DNA of 64,000 nucleotides from a virus. Position 1 is the first letter of the stretch, and the number at the start of each line of letters is the position of its first letter. Location: the IMG/VR virus record IMGVR_UViG_3300032053_000003, positions 158,392 through 222,391 of that record. One strand, given 5' to 3'. Shown in pieces: positions 8,651 to 17,266 of the stretch. The translations under genes were made by a program, and so were the position numbers. The notes under the pieces are model-generated. The model was not told where the DNA came from. It saw only the letters and a list, made by a program, of their open reading frames with translations, and searched no databases.

Positions 8651-9534
8651 GACTTCTCCTTGAGTATTGTTTTAAATTGAAGTCTTAAGTAATTTTGGTC
8701 AACTACTAAAATTTTAGGCTCCTCTCCAAACAGGATGACCTCCACACGGTTCTGGACCTGTGTGATAGGAGGCATATCCAGGATCATCACATCTGTACGT
8801 TCTATCATCAGATCAGGGTTCTTCCTGGCATCATGCTTCTCAGGAAGCTTGTCCAGCTCATCAGTGGTAAATTTCCTGGAGGTCCTCCTCTTCTGAATGT
8901 AGGTGCCCCTCTTGAAAAATGCAGGGTAGTCATTCCAGTTTACACCCTTCTCATGAAGCATCTCCTGCATCTCACTGTTGCTCTTCTTATAGAGGACCTT
9001 GTGAGAGAAGTAATTTTGAGCAGCCATCTCTACACTGTTCCTGGTAGCATCTTTCTCTCTCCAGACAAACATGTTGGCAGCTTCCATCAAGGTAGGTACC
9101 TGCCATACCCTGCAGTCAAAAGCAGCTATTAGGGATGCTTTAGAGGGGATATACTCGGCTTTGTGGGTATTGAAGAAACCAGTAGCATAGGATGCAAGGA
9201 CACTGTTCATCTTCTGGACCTTACCATCAAAGAAGATCTTGCTTTTGTAGTCATTACTGTACCATACCAGGCTGATCTCGTCTGACTGACAGTACCCCAT
9301 GTTGGCCTGGGTTTCCTTCACTAGGTATTTGGCAGTCTGTCTCATGAGATCACAGAAGCCTCCGTCATAGGGACGTTTAAGACCCCTGCAGAAGGTATGG
9401 AAGGTCTTACCGTCTATACGACAACAAATAGGTAATAGAGGCAGAAATCTCTGACCTGCCTCAGCTTGTTCATATTCCTTCATACGTGTGTCTAAGGTAT
9501 CCATTTTTACTTTCATACGTAGTGACTCCCTCAA
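8647..9534 (-). CDS. Thg1-like protein (tRNA-His guanylyltransferase family 3'-5' nucleotidyltransferase)
   Basis: RIDGKTFHTF...KPYD, CQSDEISLV, FDCRVWQVP and VWREKDATRNS...AAQNYF align with Thg1 motifs (RIDGKKFH, GESDEYSF, FDSRCVAYP, SWRYVDTHINNLYNTTFW). Probable true start is MKVKMD behind GAGGGAG. Confidence 0.7.
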   Translation of the reverse strand: MRESLRMKVKMDTLDTRMKEYEQAEAGQRFLPLLPICCRIDGKTFHTFCRGLKRPYDGGFCDLMRQTAKYLVKETQANMGYCQSDEISLVWYSNDYKSKIFFDGKVQKMNSVLASYATGFFNTHKAEYIPSKASLIAAFDCRVWQVPTLMEAANMFVWREKDATRNSVEMAAQNYFSHKVLYKKSNSEMQEMLHEKGVNWNDYPAFFKRGTYIQKRRTSRKFTTDELDKLPEKHDARKNPDLMIERTDVMILDMPPITQVQNRVEVILFGEEPKILVVDQNYLRLQFKTILKEKS

Positions 9535-9587
9535 TTTTCAAGATTAACTAAAGACATGAAATTTAAAAATAATGAAGAAAAGTACAT

Positions 9588-10013
9588 TTAGTATGTAAGA
9601 TCATCCATTTCAGAAGCAGCAACCTGGTCAGTGAAGGAGATGCTCTTATCATCTGCTGTCAGCTCAACAGGCTGTCCACAGGAACAAGTTATCTCAGGCA
9701 TCCAATCCACTCCGTAGAAGCTCTTTTTGTACCGACTTCCACTCTCTTCGATAAGATTGACATCTCCCTCATCAATGGAAAACTCGTGATCACCTTCTAC
9801 GTGACCTTTGATCTCAAACTCTTTCTCAAAGGTAAACGAGGCTTCCTTGATTTCATCACCACAGCATTCCGAATTTCTTACTATCCTGATCTCTCCTGTG
9901 ATGTTGAGGAAGACTTTGCCATTGTCCTCCCTGCTTTCTATCTCCATCTGCTGGACTTCTGGGTCTTGTAACTCCAGACCACAAAATTTGTTGCAACTAG
10001 GACACTTAGCCAT
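9588..10013 (-). CDS. Hypothetical acidic protein with terminal CxxC pairs
   Basis: MAKCPSCNKFC ... CSCGQP. AGGAG SD. Confidence 0.5.
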   Translation of the reverse strand: MAKCPSCNKFCGLELQDPEVQQMEIESREDNGKVFLNITGEIRIVRNSECCGDEIKEASFTFEKEFEIKGHVEGDHEFSIDEGDVNLIEESGSRYKKSFYGVDWMPEITCSCGQPVELTADDKSISFTDQVAASEMDDLTY

Positions 10014-10069
10014 ATCGTACTCCTTTACCGATTTTGTTAATAGATACTATGGTAATCTACTAAGATCAA

Positions 10070-10096
10070 GAGAAAAAGGGGCTTGCAAGCCCCTTG
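10070..10096 (-). terminator. Rho-independent terminator downstream of the RCC1/PASTA gene
   Basis: aggggcttgcaagcccct perfect GC-rich hairpin, followed on the minus strand by TTTTTCTCTT. Confidence 0.6.
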
Positions 10097-10103
10097 ATCC
10101 GTA

Positions 10104-11828
10104 TTATTTCATGTAGGTTACAACAACATCTTTTGAACCACGATTGATGACCTGCACATCAGCATTGACAACAGAGGTATAACCATTCTTGCCTTTGTAG
10201 ATCCAGACCTTACCAGCTTTGTTCAAATAGACAATTACCTTTCCATTGGAATCAGTAGTTGCCTGATAGAGGAAGGAACCGTCCTTATCTTTCAAGGTAA
10301 CAAGGACACCACTCAGAGGATGGTTTTCCTGATTCAGTACTATAATGGTTGCTACAACCTTGCTGGTATCAACAACAGGTGGAGCCACAACCACTGGGGG
10401 TTCAGGAATGACCACTGGTGGAGTCACAACCACTGGAGGTGTCACTATAGGAGTTACCACAACAGGTTCAGGAACCACTACCACTGTCACAGGGGGGACT
10501 ACAGGAGCCACTACTACAACAGGCTCAGGGGTCACTGGAGCAGGAGGAGTCACTATAGGCTCAGGGGTTACTACAGGGGTCACAACTGGCTCAGGAATGA
10601 CAGGAGCTACTGGAGCAACTGGCTCAGGCTCAGGTGTCACGATAGGCTCAAAAACAGGCTCAGGCTCTGGAACTGAAACTGGGGGAGTCTCTACAACTGG
10701 AGGAGTCACAACAGGCTCAGCACCAAGAGAGGTAACGAGAGTAACCTGAGTACCCTTGCTTACAGAAGTACCAGCAGCAGGGTCTTGGCTTATAACTGTA
10801 TTGACAGGAGCATCATTGTAATAGGAATCCCATGCACCCACTGTCAACTTTGAATTCACGATAGTCTGTTCAGCCACAGTATCAGAGAGGCTGACAACAT
10901 TCGGTACTGCAACCTTGTACTCATAGATACCGAGGTTCCAAAGTTCTACACCTTTGTAAGGAACAAAAGTGGTATTGCCACAAGCAACCACAGTACCATC
11001 AGCTTTCAATCCAACAGTGGTATCCTCCCCTGCTGAAACCTGGATAATGTTTGTCCAGCCACTCACGTTGCAGCATCCTTTAAAATTATAACCTACAGCA
11101 ACCACAGTCCCATCAGCTTTCAAGCCAACTGTATGACCAGCACCAGCTGAAACCTGGATAATGTCTGTCCAACTACTTACATTGTTCTGACCTTGTTCAT
11201 AGTCACCAGCAGCCACTACGGTACCATCGGCTTTCAAACCAATTATATGACAATAATATGCAGAGATCTGAGTAATGTCTGTCCAACTAGTTGCATCATG
11301 ACTATTATTACTATTGCCACCAGCAGCCACAACAGTCCCATCATTTTTCAGACCGAAAATGTCAGCTTCACCACTTGATATCTGTTTGATCCCTGTCCAA
11401 GTAAGTGCAGCATTCTGACCATAACCATAGTCTCCTACGATTACCAAGGTCCCATCATCTTTAAGTCCAATGGTATGATCACGCAGTGAGACTTCTATCT
11501 GGATAATGTGTGTCCAACCACTTACATTGCACTGACCTGCATTATTGTATCCAGTAGCTACCACTGTCCCATTGGCTTTCAGACCAGCTGTCACAAGGTA
11601 GTCAGCTGAAACCTGAATGATATCAGTCCAGGCACTTACATTAAGGTTACCTAAAGCAGAAGACCCAACTGCTACTACGGTACCATCCGTTTTGAGTCCT
11701 ACTGTAGAGATTTGTCCAGCGTCTATCTGGGGAGGGACTGCTGCAAAAGCAATGGGTGTCACCAAAAAAACCATTGCAAAAGCCAGGGCTAGAAACTTTA
11801 ATACGTTCACGAATGATAATTTCTTCAT
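10104..11828 (-). CDS. Secreted RCC1-like beta-propeller repeat protein with a PASTA-like domain, a Pro/Thr/Val-rich linker and a C-terminal beta-sandwich domain
   Basis: N-terminal signal peptide (MKKLSF...AFAAVPP). About 7 repeats of GLKxDGTVVAxG...W(T)xIIQVSAG. A PASTA-like segment (VVSLSDTVAEQ...VISQDPAAGTSVSKGTQVTLVTSLG). Roughly 130-aa PT-rich low-complexity linker. Confidence 0.65.
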   Translation of the reverse strand: MKKLSFVNVLKFLALAFAMVFLVTPIAFAAVPPQIDAGQISTVGLKTDGTVVAVGSSALGNLNVSAWTDIIQVSADYLVTAGLKANGTVVATGYNNAGQCNVSGWTHIIQIEVSLRDHTIGLKDDGTLVIVGDYGYGQNAALTWTGIKQISSGEADIFGLKNDGTVVAAGGNSNNSHDATSWTDITQISAYYCHIIGLKADGTVVAAGDYEQGQNNVSSWTDIIQVSAGAGHTVGLKADGTVVAVGYNFKGCCNVSGWTNIIQVSAGEDTTVGLKADGTVVACGNTTFVPYKGVELWNLGIYEYKVAVPNVVSLSDTVAEQTIVNSKLTVGAWDSYYNDAPVNTVISQDPAAGTSVSKGTQVTLVTSLGAEPVVTPPVVETPPVSVPEPEPVFEPIVTPEPEPVAPVAPVIPEPVVTPVVTPEPIVTPPAPVTPEPVVVVAPVVPPVTVVVVPEPVVVTPIVTPPVVVTPPVVIPEPPVVVAPPVVDTSKVVATIIVLNQENHPLSGVLVTLKDKDGSFLYQATTDSNGKVIVYLNKAGKVWIYKGKNGYTSVVNADVQVINRGSKDVVVTYMK

Positions 11829-11952
11829 TTGTTACATCCTACCTTTCATTTTTATTTTAAGGTTGTGATCCCAGCTACTGACTCACACCTTATTTGTCGG
11901 TATAAATCTATATTACCTTAGTGTTATTAGCCTGATCGATTAGATTAGCCAT

Positions 11953-12645
11953 TTATTTTACCAGAATATCATTAACACTGCACCACTTCCAGTATCCCCC
12001 AGCTCCTATCCAGTGAATTGCCCCATTTTTTACATCAGGATTGTTTGCATATCCTCTATCAAAAGAGTGGATGGTTACGGTCAGTATCCTGGTGGTTATT
12101 ATCCCCTCTCTAGGATATTTGGGGTGAGTAGAGTATACAACAGAGCCTCTCTTGATCTGCACACGAATACTCTTCTTGAGCATCTTGACAAAAGTTGAGG
12201 TGAAGGGTCCGACATTTTCTATCTCGGTGATACCTTCCCTCTCCATCCATTGGGCACAAACCAGGGCATTCTGCATCTCGGTATACTTATCGTTCCTGTC
12301 CCTGTTATAGGTTCCTGGAGGATACTCCTCACGAAGTCTGAGATATTCCTTCTCAGCATCAGCAGCCATGTCCAAGAGCATCTGAACTGTATACACTTTG
12401 GTCACCAATGTCTCTATCTCAATCGTAGGGTCATGCTGGTAAACACCTATCCTGTACTCCTTTTCAAGCAGCTCTACGGCTACTTCAAGATTGTTAAGGA
12501 CAAAATCCTGATCACTTTCCTGGTACCCATCTGGACTATCATCATCCAAAGGTCTACGAGGATTGATCCTATAGAAAAGCATCTTCTTGTTCTTCATCTT
12601 CTTGTTCTTCATCACATATCCTTCTGCTGTAAGAGCTTCTTTCAT
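11953..12645 (-). CDS. Hypothetical protein
   Basis: 230-aa ORF. Confidence 0.5.
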   Translation of the reverse strand: MKEALTAEGYVMKNKKMKNKKMLFYRINPRRPLDDDSPDGYQESDQDFVLNNLEVAVELLEKEYRIGVYQHDPTIEIETLVTKVYTVQMLLDMAADAEKEYLRLREEYPPGTYNRDRNDKYTEMQNALVCAQWMEREGITEIENVGPFTSTFVKMLKKSIRVQIKRGSVVYSTHPKYPREGIITTRILTVTIHSFDRGYANNPDVKNGAIHWIGAGGYWKWCSVNDILVK

Positions 12646-12655
12646 AACCTACTCC

Positions 12656-13588
12656 TTATAAGGCAAGGCTGAGATCAGCCTTGTGCTCTTCGTGGATGAT
12701 GCCCTGCATATAATCAGCAGCTTTCTGAGCCTGGGCAGCAGCAAGGACTACCATCTTGGTGTCGGCTTTGATGGTCTTTTTCCAAGAGGCCACATATGCA
12801 GCATTGTTTTCAATAGTATTATTTTCAATACCAGTAATGGCACATAAGAAGGCAGCAGTCATCTCAGCAACCAGTTCTTCTTTGCCATAATCGTTGCTAC
12901 CGAAATAGTTCAGGAAGTTTGAACGATGCAGCCTGGACTCATGACCAGTGCTGTGAGCAGCTTCGTGGAACAGTACACAGTAATACTTTTCCATGCTGGT
13001 GAACTGGTCCTGGTCGGGCATGGTGATTGTATCAGGGTCAGGGGAATAGTAAGCCCTGTTAGAGCCATGGTTGATCTTAGGGCATGTGGCATAAAGAGAC
13101 ATGATGTGCTCACAAGCATTTATTGGAGAGAGATCCTTCACAGGGGACTCATCAACCTTGGCAGCAGGAGCCTCAATGCCATCACACTGTTCGATATTGA
13201 ATACTGAGAAGTACCTGAGCATAGGGACTGTCTTGAACTTGGCATTGCCATCTTTGTTCAGAGCAGGGGTACCATCAGCATTAACGGCTGCTTTGCTAAG
13301 GAACTTCCAGAAGATAACCAATGTGGATTTCTCACCCTTACGGACCTGTCCACCTTTTTCCTGGCACTGCTTGTAGGAGAGCCAGTAAGGAGAGGAGTAA
13401 CCCTTCTCTTCAGCAGTGGCAAGGAGCAACCAGGGGTTAATGCCACGATACGGTTTCTTGGTGATAAAATTATACTGAGAAAAGCCACCGTTTCCAACCT
13501 TGTGGGTCCAGGGACGGTTCCACGGAACAACACCCTTATCAAGTAGTTCGATGATTCTGTTAGTAACGATTTCGTAAACATTAGCCAT
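12656..13588 (-). CDS. ardC: ArdC-like antirestriction protein (N-terminal ssDNA-binding ArdC-N domain plus zincin-like metallopeptidase domain)
   Basis: LDKGVVPWNRPW (ArdC-N) and VLFHEAAHSTGH (HExxH). True start is ATG 13588 behind AAGGAG. The ORF track's GTG 13639 lies inside the promoter motif. Confidence 0.7.
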   Translation of the reverse strand: MANVYEIVTNRIIELLDKGVVPWNRPWTHKVGNGGFSQYNFITKKPYRGINPWLLLATAEEKGYSSPYWLSYKQCQEKGGQVRKGEKSTLVIFWKFLSKAAVNADGTPALNKDGNAKFKTVPMLRYFSVFNIEQCDGIEAPAAKVDESPVKDLSPINACEHIMSLYATCPKINHGSNRAYYSPDPDTITMPDQDQFTSMEKYYCVLFHEAAHSTGHESRLHRSNFLNYFGSNDYGKEELVAEMTAAFLCAITGIENNTIENNAAYVASWKKTIKADTKMVVLAAAQAQKAADYMQGIIHEEHKADLSLAL

Positions 13589-13621
13589 AGGGGTTAGCTC
13601 CTTATTGTTTTGTCTTTCTAT

Positions 13622-13656
13622 CCCTATAACGGTTTTCACCCCAGCAGTTTGTACAA
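13622..13656 (-). promoter_or_regulatory. Conserved 35-bp promoter-like motif, copy 3 (consensus)
   Basis: ccctataacggttttcaccccagcagtttgtacaa followed by ctattttgtttatttt. Confidence 0.55.
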
Positions 13657-13766
13657 CTATTTTGTTTATTTTAAATTATTTCTGTTCTATAAGGTACATG
13701 TGGTGTGGGGTTGGTTGGTCAATATTGAAGTGAAACCCAATTTCCTCTTACAAACCCAACTAACCC

Positions 13767-14012
13767 CTACTTCACAAACTTTACCGTGTATTCGATGTCA
13801 CCTGTTTTAAAGTTATACCTGTCATACTTACAATGCTTGTAAAAACCATGAAACTTACGAGCTGTCCTGTAGGCATTATCACCCACAACCTTCACAGTAC
13901 AACCATGCTTCTTGGCTACCCTTACAAAGGCATCCATGACAGCATCACCAGAAGGGACAGGACTGTTCCCGATATGGAACACATTGTTGAAAATGATATT
14001 AGGAGTAGGCAT
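13767..14012 (-). CDS. Hypothetical protein
   Basis: 81-aa ORF. Confidence 0.45.
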   Translation of the reverse strand: MPTPNIIFNNVFHIGNSPVPSGDAVMDAFVRVAKKHGCTVKVVGDNAYRTARKFHGFYKHCKYDRYNFKTGDIEYTVKFVK

Positions 14013-14013
14013 A

Positions 14014-14283
14014 TTATTCCTTTATGATGGTAAAAGTTTCCTTGAAGGACTTGTCCTTGATAAAGAAGGTGTTGGTCATACCTGTATCATCAGTTATCCA
14101 GACAATAGGAGAGGGCTGAAAGATACCGTTTCTCAGAACGGCTTCATACTCCTTATCTTTTGTCAGATACTGTTCACCATCTGAATAGGGACCTTTTTCC
14201 ATAAAGGCATCAACCTTAGATCTTACTCTCATCACATATCTGCCTGTTGTCTTGTAAGCTCCTCGTGATCTTCCTTCATACAA
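14014..14283 (-). CDS. Hypothetical protein
   Basis: 89-aa ORF. Confidence 0.45.
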   Translation of the reverse strand: MYEGRSRGAYKTTGRYVMRVRSKVDAFMEKGPYSDGEQYLTKDKEYEAVLRNGIFQPSPIVWITDDTGMTNTFFIKDKSFKETFTIIKE

Positions 14284-14686
14284 ATGAGAGCTGCTGACAT
14301 ACCTTAAAGGCTTCCAGCTTATTAGCCAGCTCCTTTTGAAGAGCTTCTATTTCATTCTTACATGCACTGAGTCCCATTTTAGCATCAGCTATATGGGTTT
14401 CTAGGCTAGGGATGAAGCTCACATCAGATTCTACGTGTAAAGGTTTCCTGGGGACTATGCTCTTAATAACCTCATACCCATTATCCTTGCACCACTTACG
14501 AGCATCAAACACAGTCTCCATCCTGAGAGTGGCTCCTTTATCGTCCATGGCATATCGAGGATCAAAATCACCCTCTCTGCTTTTGTGGCATACAATAAGA
14601 ACATTTCTCTGATTGGCACTGTGCATCAGGATAGCTGTCTTCATATTAATAATCCTCTTCTTTCTTCCGTTGTATAGCTTTTCCAT
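14276..14686 (-). CDS. Hypothetical protein
   Basis: 136-aa ORF. The motif lies 3 nt upstream of its ATG. Confidence 0.5.
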   Translation of the reverse strand: MEKLYNGRKKRIINMKTAILMHSANQRNVLIVCHKSREGDFDPRYAMDDKGATLRMETVFDARKWCKDNGYEVIKSIVPRKPLHVESDVSFIPSLETHIADAKMGLSACKNEIEALQKELANKLEAFKVCQQLSFV

Positions 14687-14689
14687 GTA

Positions 14690-14725
14690 CCTATAACGGT
14701 TTTCACCCCAGCAGTTTGTACAACT
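14690..14725 (-). promoter_or_regulatory. Conserved 35-bp promoter-like motif, copy 4
   Basis: acctataacggttttcaccccagcagtttgtacaactattttg. Confidence 0.55.
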
Positions 14726-15395
14726 ATTTTGATTTTTTTAACCTGCTCATCATTTGCTGTCTAAGCTTACTTCTCTTGAATCTATCCCTACACCATCCCT
14801 GGTGTCCTATCTCTCCACCACACAGGCACTTACATACATCAGTTGCTAAACCTTGTGTGTTCATGTGAGTCTTGATCTTCCTTACAGTAGTCTTACTCAC
14901 TCCAGTAGCAGCAGCAATGGTTCTACTGCCATAACCCATTATTATAAGCATCCCTATCTTTTGATACCTGGCTTTTCTTTCTGGGGTACCCTGGTATGCC
15001 CTAGAAGGTATGGGAAAGATGTCAAATTTCTTGAAAACATCCAAAGGAAGCTCTAGTGTTACATCAGTGATCATTATCCCTCCATGTATCGTACATGAGT
15101 GCTCAGCAAAGTTGGATCTCATAGGAATAGCCAGGACAGCCAAGAACCCATACCTGAGTCTCTTATTGTTATAGAGAAGCGTAGCTACCTGCTCAAGGTA
15201 CCTCTCATCATCATCTTCATCTTCAATGGAAAGGAAAGCATCCTCTTCAAAGATTTTAGCCAACTCCTCCTTAGTATGCTCCTCTATGAACTCCTTGAAC
15301 TCTGTTGTAGGATCTCCAAGATCAACAGCAGCTAACCAAAAAAGCTTGGAGATCTGTACCAGGTGGTCTGAGAAAGCTTCAGAGTATAATTCCAT
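14724..15395 (-). CDS. Putative DNA-binding protein (C-terminal HTH plus Cys/His cluster)
   Basis: GYGSRTIAAATGVSKTTVRKIK is HTH-like, followed by CKCLCGGEIGHQGWC. Confidence 0.45.
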   Translation of the reverse strand: MELYSEAFSDHLVQISKLFWLAAVDLGDPTTEFKEFIEEHTKEELAKIFEEDAFLSIEDEDDDERYLEQVATLLYNNKRLRYGFLAVLAIPMRSNFAEHSCTIHGGIMITDVTLELPLDVFKKFDIFPIPSRAYQGTPERKARYQKIGMLIIMGYGSRTIAAATGVSKTTVRKIKTHMNTQGLATDVCKCLCGGEIGHQGWCRDRFKRSKLRQQMMSRLKKSK

Positions 15396-15398
15396 TTC

Positions 15399-15626
15399 TT
15401 ACTCTCCTATACTAGGCCAATAAACGATATAGCCTTTTCCCAAATTATCTCTCTTGGCACCTCTAATCCCTCTGGAGGCAGCTTCCTCTATCAGGGTGTC
15501 AGGGTCATCAGTGGTGATTCCCAGGCAGGTATCTCCATACATATTTCTTCCAGAGTAATCTTCATAGAGTTTACCGTACCCATCATCTGCAAGCTTTTTT
15601 ATGGTCTTCTCTCGTTCTGTAGCCAT
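15399..15626 (-). CDS. Hypothetical protein
   Basis: 75-aa ORF. Confidence 0.4.
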   Translation of the reverse strand: MATEREKTIKKLADDGYGKLYEDYSGRNMYGDTCLGITTDDPDTLIEEAASRGIRGAKRDNLGKGYIVYWPSIGE

Positions 15627-16346
15627 TTAAGCTCCTTCTAAGGTATATATGAACACAGGAACACCCTTACGAATCAAGGTGTCATTGATGATGTATTCTA
15701 TCTTGTTCCAGTCTCCTCCAGCAAGGCCAGCTCCGAAACGAGGACCATGCACTGATGCACCCTCTTCAATAGCAAAATCTGCTACCTTATCCAAAGCCTC
15801 AGTAAGAGCAGAGTACACTATAGGCACCTTGTTGCTTTTGGTCTTGACTCCCTTCTGAGCTACCATATTGGCTATCCACATTGCCCTATCAACATGAATG
15901 AACTGAACATCTCCCAGCTCAAGATCATTACCTAAATAGACTATCTCTGGTTTCTTCCACTTCTCGGAGAGAGCCAGTACAAAACCTGCACCCCACTTTT
16001 TTTCATCGTTGCATATATGGGCAATGATTTTGGGACCCTCACCTTCAGGCTCTGTGGCATCACCTATGAGGTACTGAATTTTGACCTTCTCAGCCTCTTT
16101 GACCTCTTTGATCTCAGAGCAAGTGTAATGGTCAATAATGGTATTGACGTTATCTAGGGTGATGATCTTGTTTTCAAATAGGGTGTTGATAAGCTTTCCT
16201 AGCATCTCTCCAGCCTTGGTCAACTTAGTCTCCATGGCTTCTATTTTGCCCTCACTATAGGAGTTGCAATGGAAGGAATCCTCAACGATCTCCCTTAGTT
16301 CTTTGATGATTTCTAAACCCATTATATCCGTATATTTTACTTTCAC
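15627..16346 (-). CDS. Macro-domain (ADP-ribose binding/processing) protein with an unknown ~100-aa N-terminal domain
   Basis: C-terminal half IQYLIGDATEP...KIIAHICNDEKKWGAGFVLAL ... VHGPRFGAGLAGGDW fits the macro-domain pattern GDIT...IVNAAN..L.GGGGV...GxGxxG. Confidence 0.5.
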   Translation of the reverse strand: MKVKYTDIMGLEIIKELREIVEDSFHCNSYSEGKIEAMETKLTKAGEMLGKLINTLFENKIITLDNVNTIIDHYTCSEIKEVKEAEKVKIQYLIGDATEPEGEGPKIIAHICNDEKKWGAGFVLALSEKWKKPEIVYLGNDLELGDVQFIHVDRAMWIANMVAQKGVKTKSNKVPIVYSALTEALDKVADFAIEEGASVHGPRFGAGLAGGDWNKIEYIINDTLIRKGVPVFIYTLEGA

Positions 16347-16651
16347 TCTTTACCTCCTGTTGTTTTGTCTTGAGAAGCAGGGTCAGCATCTATAGTACTC
16401 AAGATCTTGAATCCTTGGAAATCCATTCTGTGTTGTAGCTGTCCAGCATCCAAGGCTGCTTTACGGTACAGGAATCCATCGTTCCCAAGAAGGTATCCTA
16501 TGGCACTCTTTTTAGGGAAGTAACCATGCCACTTACCTATCTTTGGATCACATTCAGAACACAGTGCATCTTCACCTGTCTTTTTTATCCAGTAAAGGGA
16601 GCCAGCAGTATTTTCTACACATCCACATCTGTTACATCTGAATAACGGCAT
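16343..16651 (-). CDS. Small zinc-ribbon protein
   Basis: CNRCGC ... CSECDP. Confidence 0.45.
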   Translation of the reverse strand: MPLFRCNRCGCVENTAGSLYWIKKTGEDALCSECDPKIGKWHGYFPKKSAIGYLLGNDGFLYRKAALDAGQLQHRMDFQGFKILSTIDADPASQDKTTGGKE

Positions 16652-16674
16652 TTCTACTCCTCTCTTGGTAATAA

Positions 16675-17265
16675 TTAGTTATGAACAAATAAGGTTTTTT
16701 CAACCTTTCTGCAAGTAGGTTTAGGTACAACCTCAAAGACTTCTTTGATGTATTCCCAGTCTGCGTTAAAGATTCTGGAGTTCCAACCAACTTTCTTAAC
16801 AATATCTGTATTCACTATAATTGCTCCACAGTCTATCTCACCCAGTTGTATAGAAGTGTTCATGTACTTTCTATATTGCTGCTGAGGGTGAGAGTGAATC
16901 ATGTCACAAAAAATAACATCTTCTTTTCCAGAGGTCATCTCCTGGATAAAGGAGGGGATATAGTAGTTATCTCCATTAGTGATCAGGGTATATTTAGAGT
17001 AAGGTAATTTAGGAATAGCCATAGCTCTTAAAGAGTGCCCCCAGTCATTAAATCTACTTTCAGAGGACAGACATTCAATCCTGTAATCCAGTACAGAAAA
17101 ATACTTGAGATCACTATCATCCCATGGTCCATCATGGATAAGTAAGAGTCTCCAATTTTCATTTGTTTGAGATAAAATACTTTCAACAAAACATTTCAAC
17201 AAATGACCTTGTTTGTAGGTGACTGCAATGATAGAGAGATCAATAATAACAGAGGGATCGATCAT
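16675..17265 (-). CDS. Family-2 glycosyltransferase (GT-A fold)
   Basis: LSIIAVTYKQGHLLKCFVESILSQTNENWRLLLIHDGPWDD matches the GT2 N-terminal signature (SIIIPTYN...SLLxQT...EIIVVDDGS.D). Confidence 0.6.
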   Translation of the reverse strand: MIDPSVIIDLSIIAVTYKQGHLLKCFVESILSQTNENWRLLLIHDGPWDDSDLKYFSVLDYRIECLSSESRFNDWGHSLRAMAIPKLPYSKYTLITNGDNYYIPSFIQEMTSGKEDVIFCDMIHSHPQQQYRKYMNTSIQLGEIDCGAIIVNTDIVKKVGWNSRIFNADWEYIKEVFEVVPKPTCRKVEKTLFVHN

Positions 17266-17266
17266 T

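Noticed and set aside
10320-10749. Plus-strand ORFs 10320..10676 and 10345..10749 (Gly/Thr- or His/Arg-rich)
   Set aside because: They lie antisense to the Pro/Thr/Val-rich linker of the 10104..11828 gene. Low-complexity codon repeats give open antisense frames without biological meaning.
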